Source: a virus
Lineage: Duplodnaviria; Caudoviricetes
Direction: 5' to 3' (one strand)
Length of the DNA stretch: 64,000 nt
IMG/VR virus record: IMGVR_UViG_3300035698_013504
Coordinates: 1 to 64,000 of that record
In this document: in pieces, positions 27,116 through 35,998 of the stretch
Layout: the number at the start of each line of letters is the position of its first letter
How positions within the stretch are numbered: the stretch's first letter is position 1
Notes under the pieces: generated by a model
Seen by the model: the letters and a program-made list of their open reading frames with translations, nothing else
The model's database searches: none
Told to the model about the DNA's origin: nothing
Translations under genes and position numbers: made by a program

Positions 27116-27388
27116 GTGAGTAAGTCACCAGACGATGTAGATCAGGCCGTTGTCGGGATTATTCGGGCTTGTGCCCTTTCACTATCTGACGACTTCGGCT
27201 TAGAGCCTACGTCGCGTAAAGCGATGGACGTCGGAGTTCATCGTGTTTTGCTTCGCCAAGTGTGGTCCCTACTTACTCCTAGCCTGCGCGCGCAGGCGGT
27301 AGAGCTCACGACGACGGAAATGCTGGACACGCTGCGTGGCCAGTGGGGAAAGAACAAGGAGAAGGATAAGGATGGCAACCGTAAGTAG
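27116..27388 (+). CDS. hypothetical protein
   Basis: AAGGAG RBS; downstream of the promoter-motif variant at 27073. Confidence 0.6.
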   Translation: MSKSPDDVDQAVVGIIRACALSLSDDFGLEPTSRKAMDVGVHRVLLRQVWSLLTPSLRAQAVELTTTEMLDTLRGQWGKNKEKDKDGNRK

Positions 27389-28265
27389 CGTGACAGTCGG
27401 CTGTATCTGCCGCAACTGCGCTGAGGAGGTGCGGCCGGTGATGATCATACGCGATCAGCGTATATCGTTGGAGACACCCGCGTCGTGCCACAAGTGTGGT
27501 GTAAACCTCGTAGAAGCTGCGTCGTTGGTGTTTGACGGGCTTGATGGAATGCCTGACCTGTTCAGCGTCCCCGAACCCGAGGCCACGCCTGCGGCCGCCG
27601 ATGGTTCGAGCGCGGCCCAGGGCAGTCCCACGTCCGGAGAAGGCGCTCCGCACGCACTCGTTGGTAATCGACTGGTCATCAGTGATGTCCAGCCCGAGCT
27701 ACCGTCGGCGGCGGACGCAAGACCCGCCCCGAGACCCCTCCGGAGGTCCAGCTCGGATGACACCCGGGCGCCAGCGGCACCGACGCGGACAGACCGTCCC
27801 GAAGGCCCCCCGCCGGGTGATGATATCTTGGATGGTCTTCTGCGCTCAAGCTCGGACATGGCCCGCGAGGCTGTCGCACCCCCGGCACGTCCCACGGCGG
27901 TGCCTACCCAGGCGCCCTCAACGGACCAGATGGTTCCGGTCGCCGGTAGCGAGACCGTTAACCAGTTGTTGGAAGGCGGCCCGAGGTTCGAGCATGACTG
28001 TGATGGATGTGCGCACCGCGGTACTGTCGGTACGACAACGGGTCGTGTCTTTGATCTGTACACCTGTACCAATGGTGGCAGCATGACGATCTTGGCCAGA
28101 TTCGGCAGTGGCAGCAGTGAGTACGTGTCGGGTCTGTACGCGGACAACCTCGTACTGATCCACGTGGTCTTGTTGGCCGTACAGCAGGGTGACGACAACC
28201 CGCTTCTCCGTGAGCGTTACGACAACCTGCTGGCTACGGGCCACCGGCCGCTGGAGGCCAGCTAG
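27372..28265 (+). CDS. two Cys-cluster domains joined by a Pro/Ala-rich linker
   Basis: N-terminal CICRNC...CHKC; C-terminal HDCDGC..DLYTC..ILARFG. Confidence 0.7.
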   Translation: MATVSSVTVGCICRNCAEEVRPVMIIRDQRISLETPASCHKCGVNLVEAASLVFDGLDGMPDLFSVPEPEATPAAADGSSAAQGSPTSGEGAPHALVGNRLVISDVQPELPSAADARPAPRPLRRSSSDDTRAPAAPTRTDRPEGPPPGDDILDGLLRSSSDMAREAVAPPARPTAVPTQAPSTDQMVPVAGSETVNQLLEGGPRFEHDCDGCAHRGTVGTTTGRVFDLYTCTNGGSMTILARFGSGSSEYVSGLYADNLVLIHVVLLAVQQGDDNPLLRERYDNLLATGHRPLEAS

Positions 28266-28301
28266 GCGGACACATACCTCGAGCCCAATGTAAGGGATTC
28301 G

Positions 28302-28844
28302 TTGGATCACGTGCTTCTCGCTATGGAGGCGCATAAGGGTCAATACCGGAAGAACGGTGTTGACCCTTACGTCACTCACCCTATCCGCGTGGCTAGGCAG
28401 GTTACCTATTCTGCCTGTGGCGTGAGCGGAGTGACTGTCCCTCAAATGTGGGTTAGTGCCGCACTACTTCACGATGTTCATGAAGATACGTCTATGGACC
28501 TCCACGCGATCGGTGTACACAGCTCTGTCGTTAACATTGTTAACGCGCTCACCCATGTGGGTCGGTCCAGCCACGCTAAGATGGATGCCGTCGAGAAGAT
28601 TTGCGGTCACCCAGGAGCCATAATGGTTAAGATGGCGGATCGTCTTGACAACACGGGTTACGAGTTGGACGACGAGCACTCGAGGGAATACCGCCTACGT
28701 CACACCGTTCGGCAATCAACTCGGTTGTTGCTTGCGTACGCGGCTGATGCGGAGTTTCGTGGTGTCAAATGGTTCAAAGACTCAATCGTTTACGCAAGAC
28801 TAACCTACATGCTTGAACAGGCCGACAGAGAGGCGAAGGGATGA
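28302..28844 (+). CDS. HD-domain hydrolase, RelA/SpoT-HD type (small alarmone hydrolase-like)
   Basis: AHKGQYRKNGVDPYVTHPIRVA, AALLHDVHEDT, VNALTH, VKMADRLDN. Confidence 0.85.
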   Translation: MDHVLLAMEAHKGQYRKNGVDPYVTHPIRVARQVTYSACGVSGVTVPQMWVSAALLHDVHEDTSMDLHAIGVHSSVVNIVNALTHVGRSSHAKMDAVEKICGHPGAIMVKMADRLDNTGYELDDEHSREYRLRHTVRQSTRLLLAYAADAEFRGVKWFKDSIVYARLTYMLEQADREAKG

Positions 28845-29284
28845 ATTACCGCTCGCAAGTGCAGGACGACGACGAAGAACCCGCCGACGAGTATCCGTTG
28901 CCACAGGAGGGTGTCGACTACGAGAATGTAGGCGATCCCCCTCCCATCGATCCTAACGAGGATCTCGGCACGACCACGATGCCCTTTGGCAAACACAAAG
29001 GCAAGACGTTTGATGAGCTTGCCCAAGAGATCCCGAGCTACCTCGAGTGGGCTCGGGACAAGATGACGAATGAGATTGGTGATCTTATCCGTCGTTACAT
29101 TGAGAAGAACCCGGATGTCATACCCGTTGTTGGCGACTACTGTCTTCCGTTCGGGAAACACAGCGGTCGAACCCTCTACGAGTTAGAGGCTGACGACGAA
29201 GCGAGCTACATCACGTGGCTTGCCGAGAATACCACGGGCATGTCAAGGGACAAAGCCCGCGAGTTTCTTGGGTACGATGACTAA
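28841..29284 (+). CDS. protein with two PFGKHxG (DUF3820-like) repeats
   Basis: MPFGKHKGKTFDELAQEIPSYLEW and LPFGKHSGRTLYELEADDEASYITW. Confidence 0.8.
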   Translation: MNYRSQVQDDDEEPADEYPLPQEGVDYENVGDPPPIDPNEDLGTTTMPFGKHKGKTFDELAQEIPSYLEWARDKMTNEIGDLIRRYIEKNPDVIPVVGDYCLPFGKHSGRTLYELEADDEASYITWLAENTTGMSRDKAREFLGYDD

Positions 29285-29359
29285 CGTTTGTAACGCGTTG
29301 CTATTCCGGCCGAACATTGTGTTCGGCTTTTTTCGTCTGTACTTACGGAGGGCGTATCA

Positions 29360-30046
29360 ATGAGGAAGCGTGAGATTTTTCTGTTGCTGGGCGTAACCGT
29401 ACTGGCGTCGATTTTGTCGTCGCTGGTGGCGACTGTCCTCTGTCTGAGGCCGCCGCAGTACGTGATGTCCCCCGACATCCGCAAGTTGTCCATCGAGACC
29501 GTGATGGTCCAGGAGTCTTCGGCCGCCGTTCTGTTTGAGCGGAAGCGGAGAGAAGGCTGGGCCCACTTCGATCGCGACTACGAAGAGACGCTGAGGCCAC
29601 TCTTTGACGCCATCTGTGTCATTGAATCCAATAACGATAACAACGCCGTTGGCAAGAACTCCGAACTCGGCGCCGCTCAGATCACCGAGATCTGTCTGGA
29701 GGACTGTAACCGGATCGTGGGTGAAACGCGGTGGACGCTGGAAGACCGGCGATCGCGAGAGAGATCCTTTGAGATGTTTTGCCTCTATTCTCGATCCTAC
29801 GCCAAGCGGCTGCGAGGTTACGCCAACATCACTGTTTACGAGGCGGTTGCCCGCATCTGGAATGGCGGCCCGACCGGCCATACGAAGAAGGTCACGGTGC
29901 CCTACTGGCACAAGGTTCGTAAGGTTCTTGCAACGGGAGGACACGATGCACAAGATAAGCGTGGTTCAGGGGCCACGGCTAGTCGAGGCATTAAACTCGC
30001 CTCCGATGGGTCCCGGCTTTCCCGCCGACCTCGTGATCAAGGCTGA
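29360..30046 (+). CDS. membrane-anchored lysozyme-like / lytic transglycosylase-like protein
   Basis: N-terminal TM; DAICVIES..AVG..ELGAAQI, ARIWNGGPTG, YWHKV. Confidence 0.65.
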   Translation: MRKREIFLLLGVTVLASILSSLVATVLCLRPPQYVMSPDIRKLSIETVMVQESSAAVLFERKRREGWAHFDRDYEETLRPLFDAICVIESNNDNNAVGKNSELGAAQITEICLEDCNRIVGETRWTLEDRRSRERSFEMFCLYSRSYAKRLRGYANITVYEAVARIWNGGPTGHTKKVTVPYWHKVRKVLATGGHDAQDKRGSGATASRGIKLASDGSRLSRRPRDQG

Positions 30047-30161
30047 CCGCATGGAGACGTGGGGTACAAGCCTCAATGATGCTGGCCCCGACTTCTGCGA
30101 GTTCCGGCTGTTTAACGCTAAGGGTGTGACGATCGGTACCCGGCGCGTCGACGGTTTCTGA
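29946..30161 (+). CDS. hypothetical protein
   Basis: GGAGG RBS; ends at a terminator. Confidence 0.55.
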   Translation: MHKISVVQGPRLVEALNSPPMGPGFPADLVIKADRMETWGTSLNDAGPDFCEFRLFNAKGVTIGTRRVDGF

Positions 30162-30168
30162 CTGGAAC

Positions 30169-30201
30169 GGGGGCCCGAGAGGGCCCCCTTTCCCCTCTTT
30201 T
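30169..30201 (+). terminator. intrinsic terminator
   Basis: GGGGGCCC-GAGA-GGGCCCCC followed by a pyrimidine/T tract. Confidence 0.7.
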
Positions 30202-30463
30202 AGATGTCCTTAATTACGGGCATATAGCGGTTATCATTACTTGAACCATGTGCGCTATTTGTCCTTTCAGGGCATAGTGTCGCCGCGTTCATACCCTATA
30301 GAGGACATCCTGATGGACAATAAACGACCTGTAATGCCCGACCCGAATTCGGTGTTCTCAAAAGTCGGATTCATTACTGTGAGTACCGGCGCGGCGCTCA
30401 TACTTATTCGTATACTGTGGGTGGCGTACATGACTGCCCCGACCAACTTTTAGGAGTCGTCCG

Positions 30464-31120
30464 ATGCGTTTCAAGGGCAAAAGCATGGTAAAGGTCACAA
30501 TCTTCTGGGTGGGATTCGTGACGTCAATGATCATGATGTTCGTTCTGGGCCTCCTGGCCACGGTCATTGGTGTAGGCGTAACGTGGACAACCGTGTGTAT
30601 CCTCGCGGCGGCTCAGGTGGCGGTTGTGGCTTTCGGCTTGCATTCGCGAGTTGGCGACTACGCCGTTGAAGTGGGCCGTAGACGGCTGGTGCGTCTCAGG
30701 GACAAGCTGGTTGGGATGGACCTGCCGGAAACCGAAGTGCGGGAAGAGATGGCTCAAGAGCCGTCTGCCCCGATTTCGGGTCCGTGCATGAAACCCGACC
30801 CCAAGGGGTACGAGGACATGCGCCGCGAGATTGAGCTGTCCACGCATATTATCGCCGATATACGTAAGGAGGAGTCATCCTCAAAGGACGACGAGGACCT
30901 GGATGCGGCGGGCGACGACTTGTTCGGCCCCCGCACCGAAGAGCCTGACCCCGTCGTGGAAGCGGCGGCACAGGCACAAGAGGCCTTGAATGACGAGGTT
31001 GGCCTCACCACAATCGGTGGCGTTGTCCGACAGACGGACACCGAACCGACTGACATGCCTGAATTAGGCCCGTCACAGGAGCAGGCGGATGAGGAGAAGC
31101 TGTACCCAGACCAAGAATAG
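30464..31120 (+). CDS. membrane protein with acidic tail
   Basis: Two N-terminal TM segments; AGGAG RBS. Confidence 0.7.
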   Translation: MRFKGKSMVKVTIFWVGFVTSMIMMFVLGLLATVIGVGVTWTTVCILAAAQVAVVAFGLHSRVGDYAVEVGRRRLVRLRDKLVGMDLPETEVREEMAQEPSAPISGPCMKPDPKGYEDMRREIELSTHIIADIRKEESSSKDDEDLDAAGDDLFGPRTEEPDPVVEAAAQAQEALNDEVGLTTIGGVVRQTDTEPTDMPELGPSQEQADEEKLYPDQE

Positions 31121-31187
31121 TACCTACGTAAGCGGGCAAGCCTTGTGGCCCCGCATTTAGTTTGGCTTTTTAAGGGAGGGTGTCGTT

Positions 31188-31571
31188 ATGTTCAGAGTCA
31201 ACTACTTGTACGTGGGGCCCGACGAGTTTGACCGCGAGGAGAATATCGCGCCGGGCGCTGACGTCGAAAACGTCATCGAGGAACTCCTCAGAGTTCTCAT
31301 CCTCCGTGAAGAGGATGACGCAGATAACCAGGTCACGGGCGTGCTCGTGGCCATTTCGGAAGCCGAGGCGTCCCGACGTCGGGAGCCTGTCACCGTCAGG
31401 GAAGAGGGCGGCGCGCTGTTTGTTCTGGAGGGGCGCCGCGGGTGGGGCTTCCCCGGGTTCCGCTGGGAAAACTCTAGCTTTGGGGATAACCCCCTGAGGT
31501 CAACAATGGCCCTGGAGCTTCTTCTGGCCGCCCAGCCGAAGAAGACGGCGCCGCTGATGTCGATGGCGTAG
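31188..31571 (+). CDS. hypothetical protein
   Basis: GGGAGG RBS. Confidence 0.65.
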   Translation: MFRVNYLYVGPDEFDREENIAPGADVENVIEELLRVLILREEDDADNQVTGVLVAISEAEASRRREPVTVREEGGALFVLEGRRGWGFPGFRWENSSFGDNPLRSTMALELLLAAQPKKTAPLMSMA

Positions 31572-31605
31572 AGATCATTAGGTCCCCAATGGGAAGGAGT
31601 GCGCG

Positions 31606-32040
31606 ATGGCCTTGGCTATGCAGCTCGTGCAGGTTCTTCAGCTGAAGCAGGAGCAAGAGCTGAAGATGACGTTGACGGACGAGATGATGGCGGCGGATAG
31701 CATCATCCCGGATACGCTGCGGTGGTTGAACGAGTCCGCTGACCATCAGTGGGCTATTCACCGCATCGCCGCCGACCGGCAGATTAACCGGTACAAGTGT
31801 ACCGCCGACCTATTGGTGGGTGAGTTGTGTGGCATTCAGTTTCGCCACGCGTGTCGTGACTGGTACGCCGATAAGGGTCCTCGCCTCAAGGAGGCGATCA
31901 CGGACCGGACGCAGCTGTACATGGACAAATTCATCCTGTACTGCTGTAAGAGGGCGTACGAGTTACACGTCGAAGATCGTAAGATAGTGTGGTTCACGTT
32001 CCGCAAGAAGTGCTACGCCGCGTTTGAAGCCGCGGCATGA
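31606..32040 (+). CDS. hypothetical protein
   Basis: AAGGAG RBS; followed by a terminator. Confidence 0.65.
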   Translation: MALAMQLVQVLQLKQEQELKMTLTDEMMAADSIIPDTLRWLNESADHQWAIHRIAADRQINRYKCTADLLVGELCGIQFRHACRDWYADKGPRLKEAITDRTQLYMDKFILYCCKRAYELHVEDRKIVWFTFRKKCYAAFEAAA

Positions 32041-32043
32041 CAT

Positions 32044-32076
32044 GGGGCCCTTCGGGGCCCCTTCCCTCTCTTTTTT
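32044..32076 (+). terminator. intrinsic terminator
   Basis: GGGGCCC-TTCG-GGGCCCC with UUCG loop and T tract. Confidence 0.75.
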
Positions 32077-32087
32077 AGCTATCCGCA

Positions 32088-32116
32088 TTGACCTGCGACA
32101 AAGGCTCAGGTAAACT
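32088..32116 (+). promoter_or_regulatory. sigma70-type promoter
   Basis: TTGACC-17 nt-TAAACT upstream of the ligase gene. Confidence 0.6.
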
Positions 32117-32154
32117 GGAGGCTAAGTGAAACGCTACCTATACTGAGCGAGATC

Positions 32155-33612
32155 ATGGCCAAGGACGCTGCCCCAGGACTCCCAGACTTCACGCGTTACG
32201 GGAGTACACGCACCCTTCCACTCAACAAGCTCATACCCTATGTTGTGCAGGAGCACAACGCAAAGAGAGCGGGGAAACACAATGATATTCGGTTTGGGCC
32301 GGACCAGCTCTTTAGCTGGGCAACGAAGAAGCCCCTTCCGGAAGCGGGGGAGCGAATCGCCGTTTATCAGCAGCCCCTCCACCGCGGCTCCTACGCCGAG
32401 TTCGAAGGCACAATCCTTAACGGATACGGAAAAGGAACCGTCAAGCGAAAAGACAAAGGATTCGTCCTCGTCACCAAAGTGGATAATGACAAAGTCTCCT
32501 TCGTAGTAGCCCACAAGAAGTTCCCGGAGAGGTACACCCTCGTTCGTGATAAGAAGGCGCCGAAGACCTGGTACTTGATCAATACGACCCCGATGGACGT
32601 GGGGCGTATGCTGTCAGGCAAAAAGGTTGACCCGGGCGGTAACGCATCTGACGCCCTAGGTATCAACAAGCTCAAGTACACCAAGGTTCCTGAGGAGCAG
32701 GTCGAGAAGCTCTTCAGCAGCGATTACCTCAACAGCGAGAAGATTGACGGCGCCGCGGCACTGTACCACGTCCTCTCTGATCGTATCGAGGCGCTCTCCT
32801 ACCGTGTAAGCAAGACGGGCCGACCTCTCATCCATACATATAAGGTCGGAGGTCTCACAGGCGTCAATATCCCCAAGGAGTTCGTTGGCTCGGTTCTACG
32901 AGGTGAGGTGTGGGGCGAGCGTAAGGGCGAAGCCATACCCCCACAAGAGCTTGGCGGCCTACTCAACTCGTCGCTGGCCAAGAGTATTCAAGATCAGAAG
33001 AAGACTGGCGTCACCATGCGTAACGCCCTCTTCGACATCTATCGGCTCGGTAAGACACCTATCGATCCAAATCTCCCCTACGCGGAGAGAATGGCTAAGA
33101 TCCAAGAAGTTCTCGACCATATGCCACAGAACAAGTTCCACCTCCCGCGCATGGCCGGGACGGAGGAGGAGTCTCGTAAGCTGTGGGAGGACATCAAGGG
33201 CGGCAAGAACCCCAGAACGACCGAGGGCATGGTTTCATGGCCTAAGGCTGGTGGCAAGCCCGTCAAGGTCAAGTTGCTGAATGAGCAGGACGTATGGGTG
33301 AAAGAAGTGTTCCCAGGCAAAGGTCGCCTTGAGGGCCACTCGGCTGGCGGCTTCAGCTATTCCCGATCGCCCGAAGGTCCGGCTGTTGGCGAGGTGGGGA
33401 GTGGCTTCACTGATGATACCCGTAAGCAGATGTGGGACCAACGTAAAGATTGGATCGGCAGGTTGGCGAGAACTCAGAGTCAAGGCGCCTTCCCAAGCGG
33501 CGCATTACGCTCGCCGGTCTTCCACGGTCTTCACGAAGATTATCCAGCTAAGTCAGCTGCGTGGCATGCCGGGCTTCGTGACGGCGTGGAGCAGGCGTCT
33601 GTCTCACGTTAG
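32155..33612 (+). CDS. ATP-dependent DNA ligase with N-terminal LigD-type 3-prime phosphoesterase domain
   Basis: YVVQEHNAKRAGKHNDIRF..LFSWA (PE-like); SEKIDG (KxDG), LRGEVW, TEGMV, KVK; OB-fold GEVGSGFTD..LRSPVFHG. Confidence 0.8.
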   Translation: MAKDAAPGLPDFTRYGSTRTLPLNKLIPYVVQEHNAKRAGKHNDIRFGPDQLFSWATKKPLPEAGERIAVYQQPLHRGSYAEFEGTILNGYGKGTVKRKDKGFVLVTKVDNDKVSFVVAHKKFPERYTLVRDKKAPKTWYLINTTPMDVGRMLSGKKVDPGGNASDALGINKLKYTKVPEEQVEKLFSSDYLNSEKIDGAAALYHVLSDRIEALSYRVSKTGRPLIHTYKVGGLTGVNIPKEFVGSVLRGEVWGERKGEAIPPQELGGLLNSSLAKSIQDQKKTGVTMRNALFDIYRLGKTPIDPNLPYAERMAKIQEVLDHMPQNKFHLPRMAGTEEESRKLWEDIKGGKNPRTTEGMVSWPKAGGKPVKVKLLNEQDVWVKEVFPGKGRLEGHSAGGFSYSRSPEGPAVGEVGSGFTDDTRKQMWDQRKDWIGRLARTQSQGAFPSGALRSPVFHGLHEDYPAKSAAWHAGLRDGVEQASVSR

Positions 33613-33659
33613 CAACGCGTTGCTATAACCCACCTACATCTACCACTTCTTTTTAGCTA

Positions 33660-33688
33660 TTGCGTCGACACCCAATACGAGATAGACT
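33660..33688 (+). promoter_or_regulatory. sigma70-type promoter
   Basis: TTGCGT-17 nt-TAGACT upstream of the 33736 gene. Confidence 0.5.
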
Positions 33689-33735
33689 AAAGGAAGCTCG
33701 AGATTGTAATACGGTCCGATATCTGAGGTTAGACA

Positions 33736-35994
33736 ATGGCCAGATACCCTCAGACGCTTTCCGCCGCTGATCGTAAGCGGGTGGTGGAGCTTCTGCACGG
33801 AACAAAACCAGACCAAGGCGTCAACCCGCACGCCGGGGCTGGTCGCATTGTGGAAGGTGCGCGCAATCCCCAACGCGTGCACTTCTGCAAAAATAATCTC
33901 CCAAGAGGCATGGAGAAGGATGGCTTTGTCCTTACGGCTCCCATTGCGTTGGCAATCATGTCGGCGCTAGGTAGTGGTTCCGGCGTTTACGGACTCTCTC
34001 AGGCAGGGCGGGTTGTTGATGCGAAAGATAAGTACCGGAGTACGATGCTACGTGACCAGGCGTTGTTTAGGAATCTCAACAAGACATTTCGTCGTATGAC
34101 AAACACGGAGGTAGTACCTGGGCGCAGGGCTGGTGAGGCGTCGTTGAAGGGTAAGGTAGTCCCCGAAGTGATTGATGTTGGTACCCAGCTTTTCGATCTT
34201 TGGGGGGACCGAGATAACCAGTCGGCGTACGATACAGTCATGAAGACCAAGAGTTTGGCCAAGTACTCCGTCGGCAAGATGCATGAAACCATGATAGCTC
34301 GAGGGTGGAAGCCGGAGGAAGTTGGCGCCACCCTCATTAAGATGCGCGAACTCAAGTTGCTTGAGGGTGAAAAGGTATACTACAAGGGTAAGCCGGTAGA
34401 CCTGGCGTATACCCCGCAGTCTATCGATTTTGTGACAGAGGGCGGCCCGGCTGTTGCAGCCGCGGTGTTCAAGCTTCGGGAAGCCGGTAAAACTTCAGAG
34501 GAACTTAGAACTTACCACGCGAGAGCTCAGAAGTGGAGAAAGGTTAATGACCCTGCGTTTTACGCCGAGACATCACAGTTTGGCGTTGAGGAGGAGGCCG
34601 CAGCAAACAAGTTGGAGTTTGCGAAGACACTTCTCAATAGCGGGTATAACGAGCGAGATGCGGTAAGAGCCGCTAACGAAGTTGCCGCCGCTGACAACGG
34701 AGACTACCCCCTCTCCCCCAGGGTTGCGAAACACTACATTGACAACGGGTCTAATCGTATTATGCAACCGGACGGGTGGATGTCGTTACCGACTGTTGGT
34801 AAAGATATGTCGCGGTATTATAATAACGTAGGTGACGCCAGGGGCGGGAGTTCGGTCGAAGCCCTCCGCGGAATGAGGAACGAACTGGGTATAGACGTTG
34901 CGGCCCCACATGTTGGCGGCGCTATCGTAGATACCGCCCGGATAGCGAAGAACGTACCCAAGGGCTTGCGAGCCGCGTACGGCGTAGCCAAAGGTAGTGA
35001 CACAGCGAAGCTGGTAGGACGTCTTGTTTCGAACACGCGGAGTATGGGATCTTTCCCGGGGCTACGATCGCTCGGCGGTAAAGCGCTTGGTGGCGCCGGA
35101 AAAGCCGCGGCAACGTTAGCGTTGTGGCACGCAGGTATAAATTCAGCAAAAGCTGTTGGCGGCGCATTGTATGACGGCGCAGTACATGGCCAGGGACCGT
35201 TTGACACCCCGGAGTTTGAGGGGTTTCAGAATATGCTGGATGAAAGAGCCACGCTTGATAAGGCGAAAGGGAAGAACAAGTTCTTGAGTTGGGTGCAGGA
35301 AGGACTTACGGGAGCTCTTAAATTCGACCCAGGGTACAACTTGAACATGGTCGGGTCCGGCCAGTTGAACCGGTACACCTCTCAGGACCTTGAAGCAGAC
35401 ATCGCGGCTGCAGACAAGGCGCACGCCACCGGTATGCCGATGTCGTGGGCCGAGAAACTCTTGTCCGGTAGAAGCTACGTCAACGCTACCCGGCGCGGGC
35501 AACATTATAAGGACGGCAGTGAGCTGTTGCGTAGACTTATGGTTAGACCCCTTCGTGCCAGAAAGGACTTCACGACGAACACGGGGTCCACAGCTCCAAG
35601 CGGCAGTACCTACTTGCGTGACATTCATCGCAATGAGTTTGCATCTATGGGCCACGCGATGGACTACTGGTCTAAGAATTACCCGGAGATGATGGACATT
35701 TCTCAGGGCGGAAGATGGATGCGGCGTGTTGGACCTGTGCCGGAGTCCACCCCGAGCTATTTCTCTGCTGGTGACATGATTTACGTTCCAGAGAGCCAGC
35801 AAGCAACGACGACACACCAGCCGATCGTTGAGCGCAGTAAGGCGGTTGATCTTGTGCAGCAGGGGTTAAATAGTTACAGGCTTATGGACCCTTCGGTACA
35901 CAGACGTGATATCTTGAAACCTAATCCCACAATTTCACCTACAATGAGAGGTCTCATTGGTCGTGACCCGGTGGCACCCACGTATAAGGAGTAA
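33736..35994 (+). CDS. large hypothetical protein, probably virion-associated
   Basis: 752 aa; Gly/Ala-rich amphipathic segments; first gene of the structural cluster. Confidence 0.7.
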   Translation: MARYPQTLSAADRKRVVELLHGTKPDQGVNPHAGAGRIVEGARNPQRVHFCKNNLPRGMEKDGFVLTAPIALAIMSALGSGSGVYGLSQAGRVVDAKDKYRSTMLRDQALFRNLNKTFRRMTNTEVVPGRRAGEASLKGKVVPEVIDVGTQLFDLWGDRDNQSAYDTVMKTKSLAKYSVGKMHETMIARGWKPEEVGATLIKMRELKLLEGEKVYYKGKPVDLAYTPQSIDFVTEGGPAVAAAVFKLREAGKTSEELRTYHARAQKWRKVNDPAFYAETSQFGVEEEAAANKLEFAKTLLNSGYNERDAVRAANEVAAADNGDYPLSPRVAKHYIDNGSNRIMQPDGWMSLPTVGKDMSRYYNNVGDARGGSSVEALRGMRNELGIDVAAPHVGGAIVDTARIAKNVPKGLRAAYGVAKGSDTAKLVGRLVSNTRSMGSFPGLRSLGGKALGGAGKAAATLALWHAGINSAKAVGGALYDGAVHGQGPFDTPEFEGFQNMLDERATLDKAKGKNKFLSWVQEGLTGALKFDPGYNLNMVGSGQLNRYTSQDLEADIAAADKAHATGMPMSWAEKLLSGRSYVNATRRGQHYKDGSELLRRLMVRPLRARKDFTTNTGSTAPSGSTYLRDIHRNEFASMGHAMDYWSKNYPEMMDISQGGRWMRRVGPVPESTPSYFSAGDMIYVPESQQATTTHQPIVERSKAVDLVQQGLNSYRLMDPSVHRRDILKPNPTISPTMRGLIGRDPVAPTYKE

Positions 35995-35998
35995 CGAG

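Noticed and set aside
26272-33660. TTTAG(C/G)TA following several T-tracts (26275, 27053, 32073, 33651) as a separate regulatory motif
   Set aside because: Short and overlaps terminator tails; cannot be told apart from terminator context without statistics
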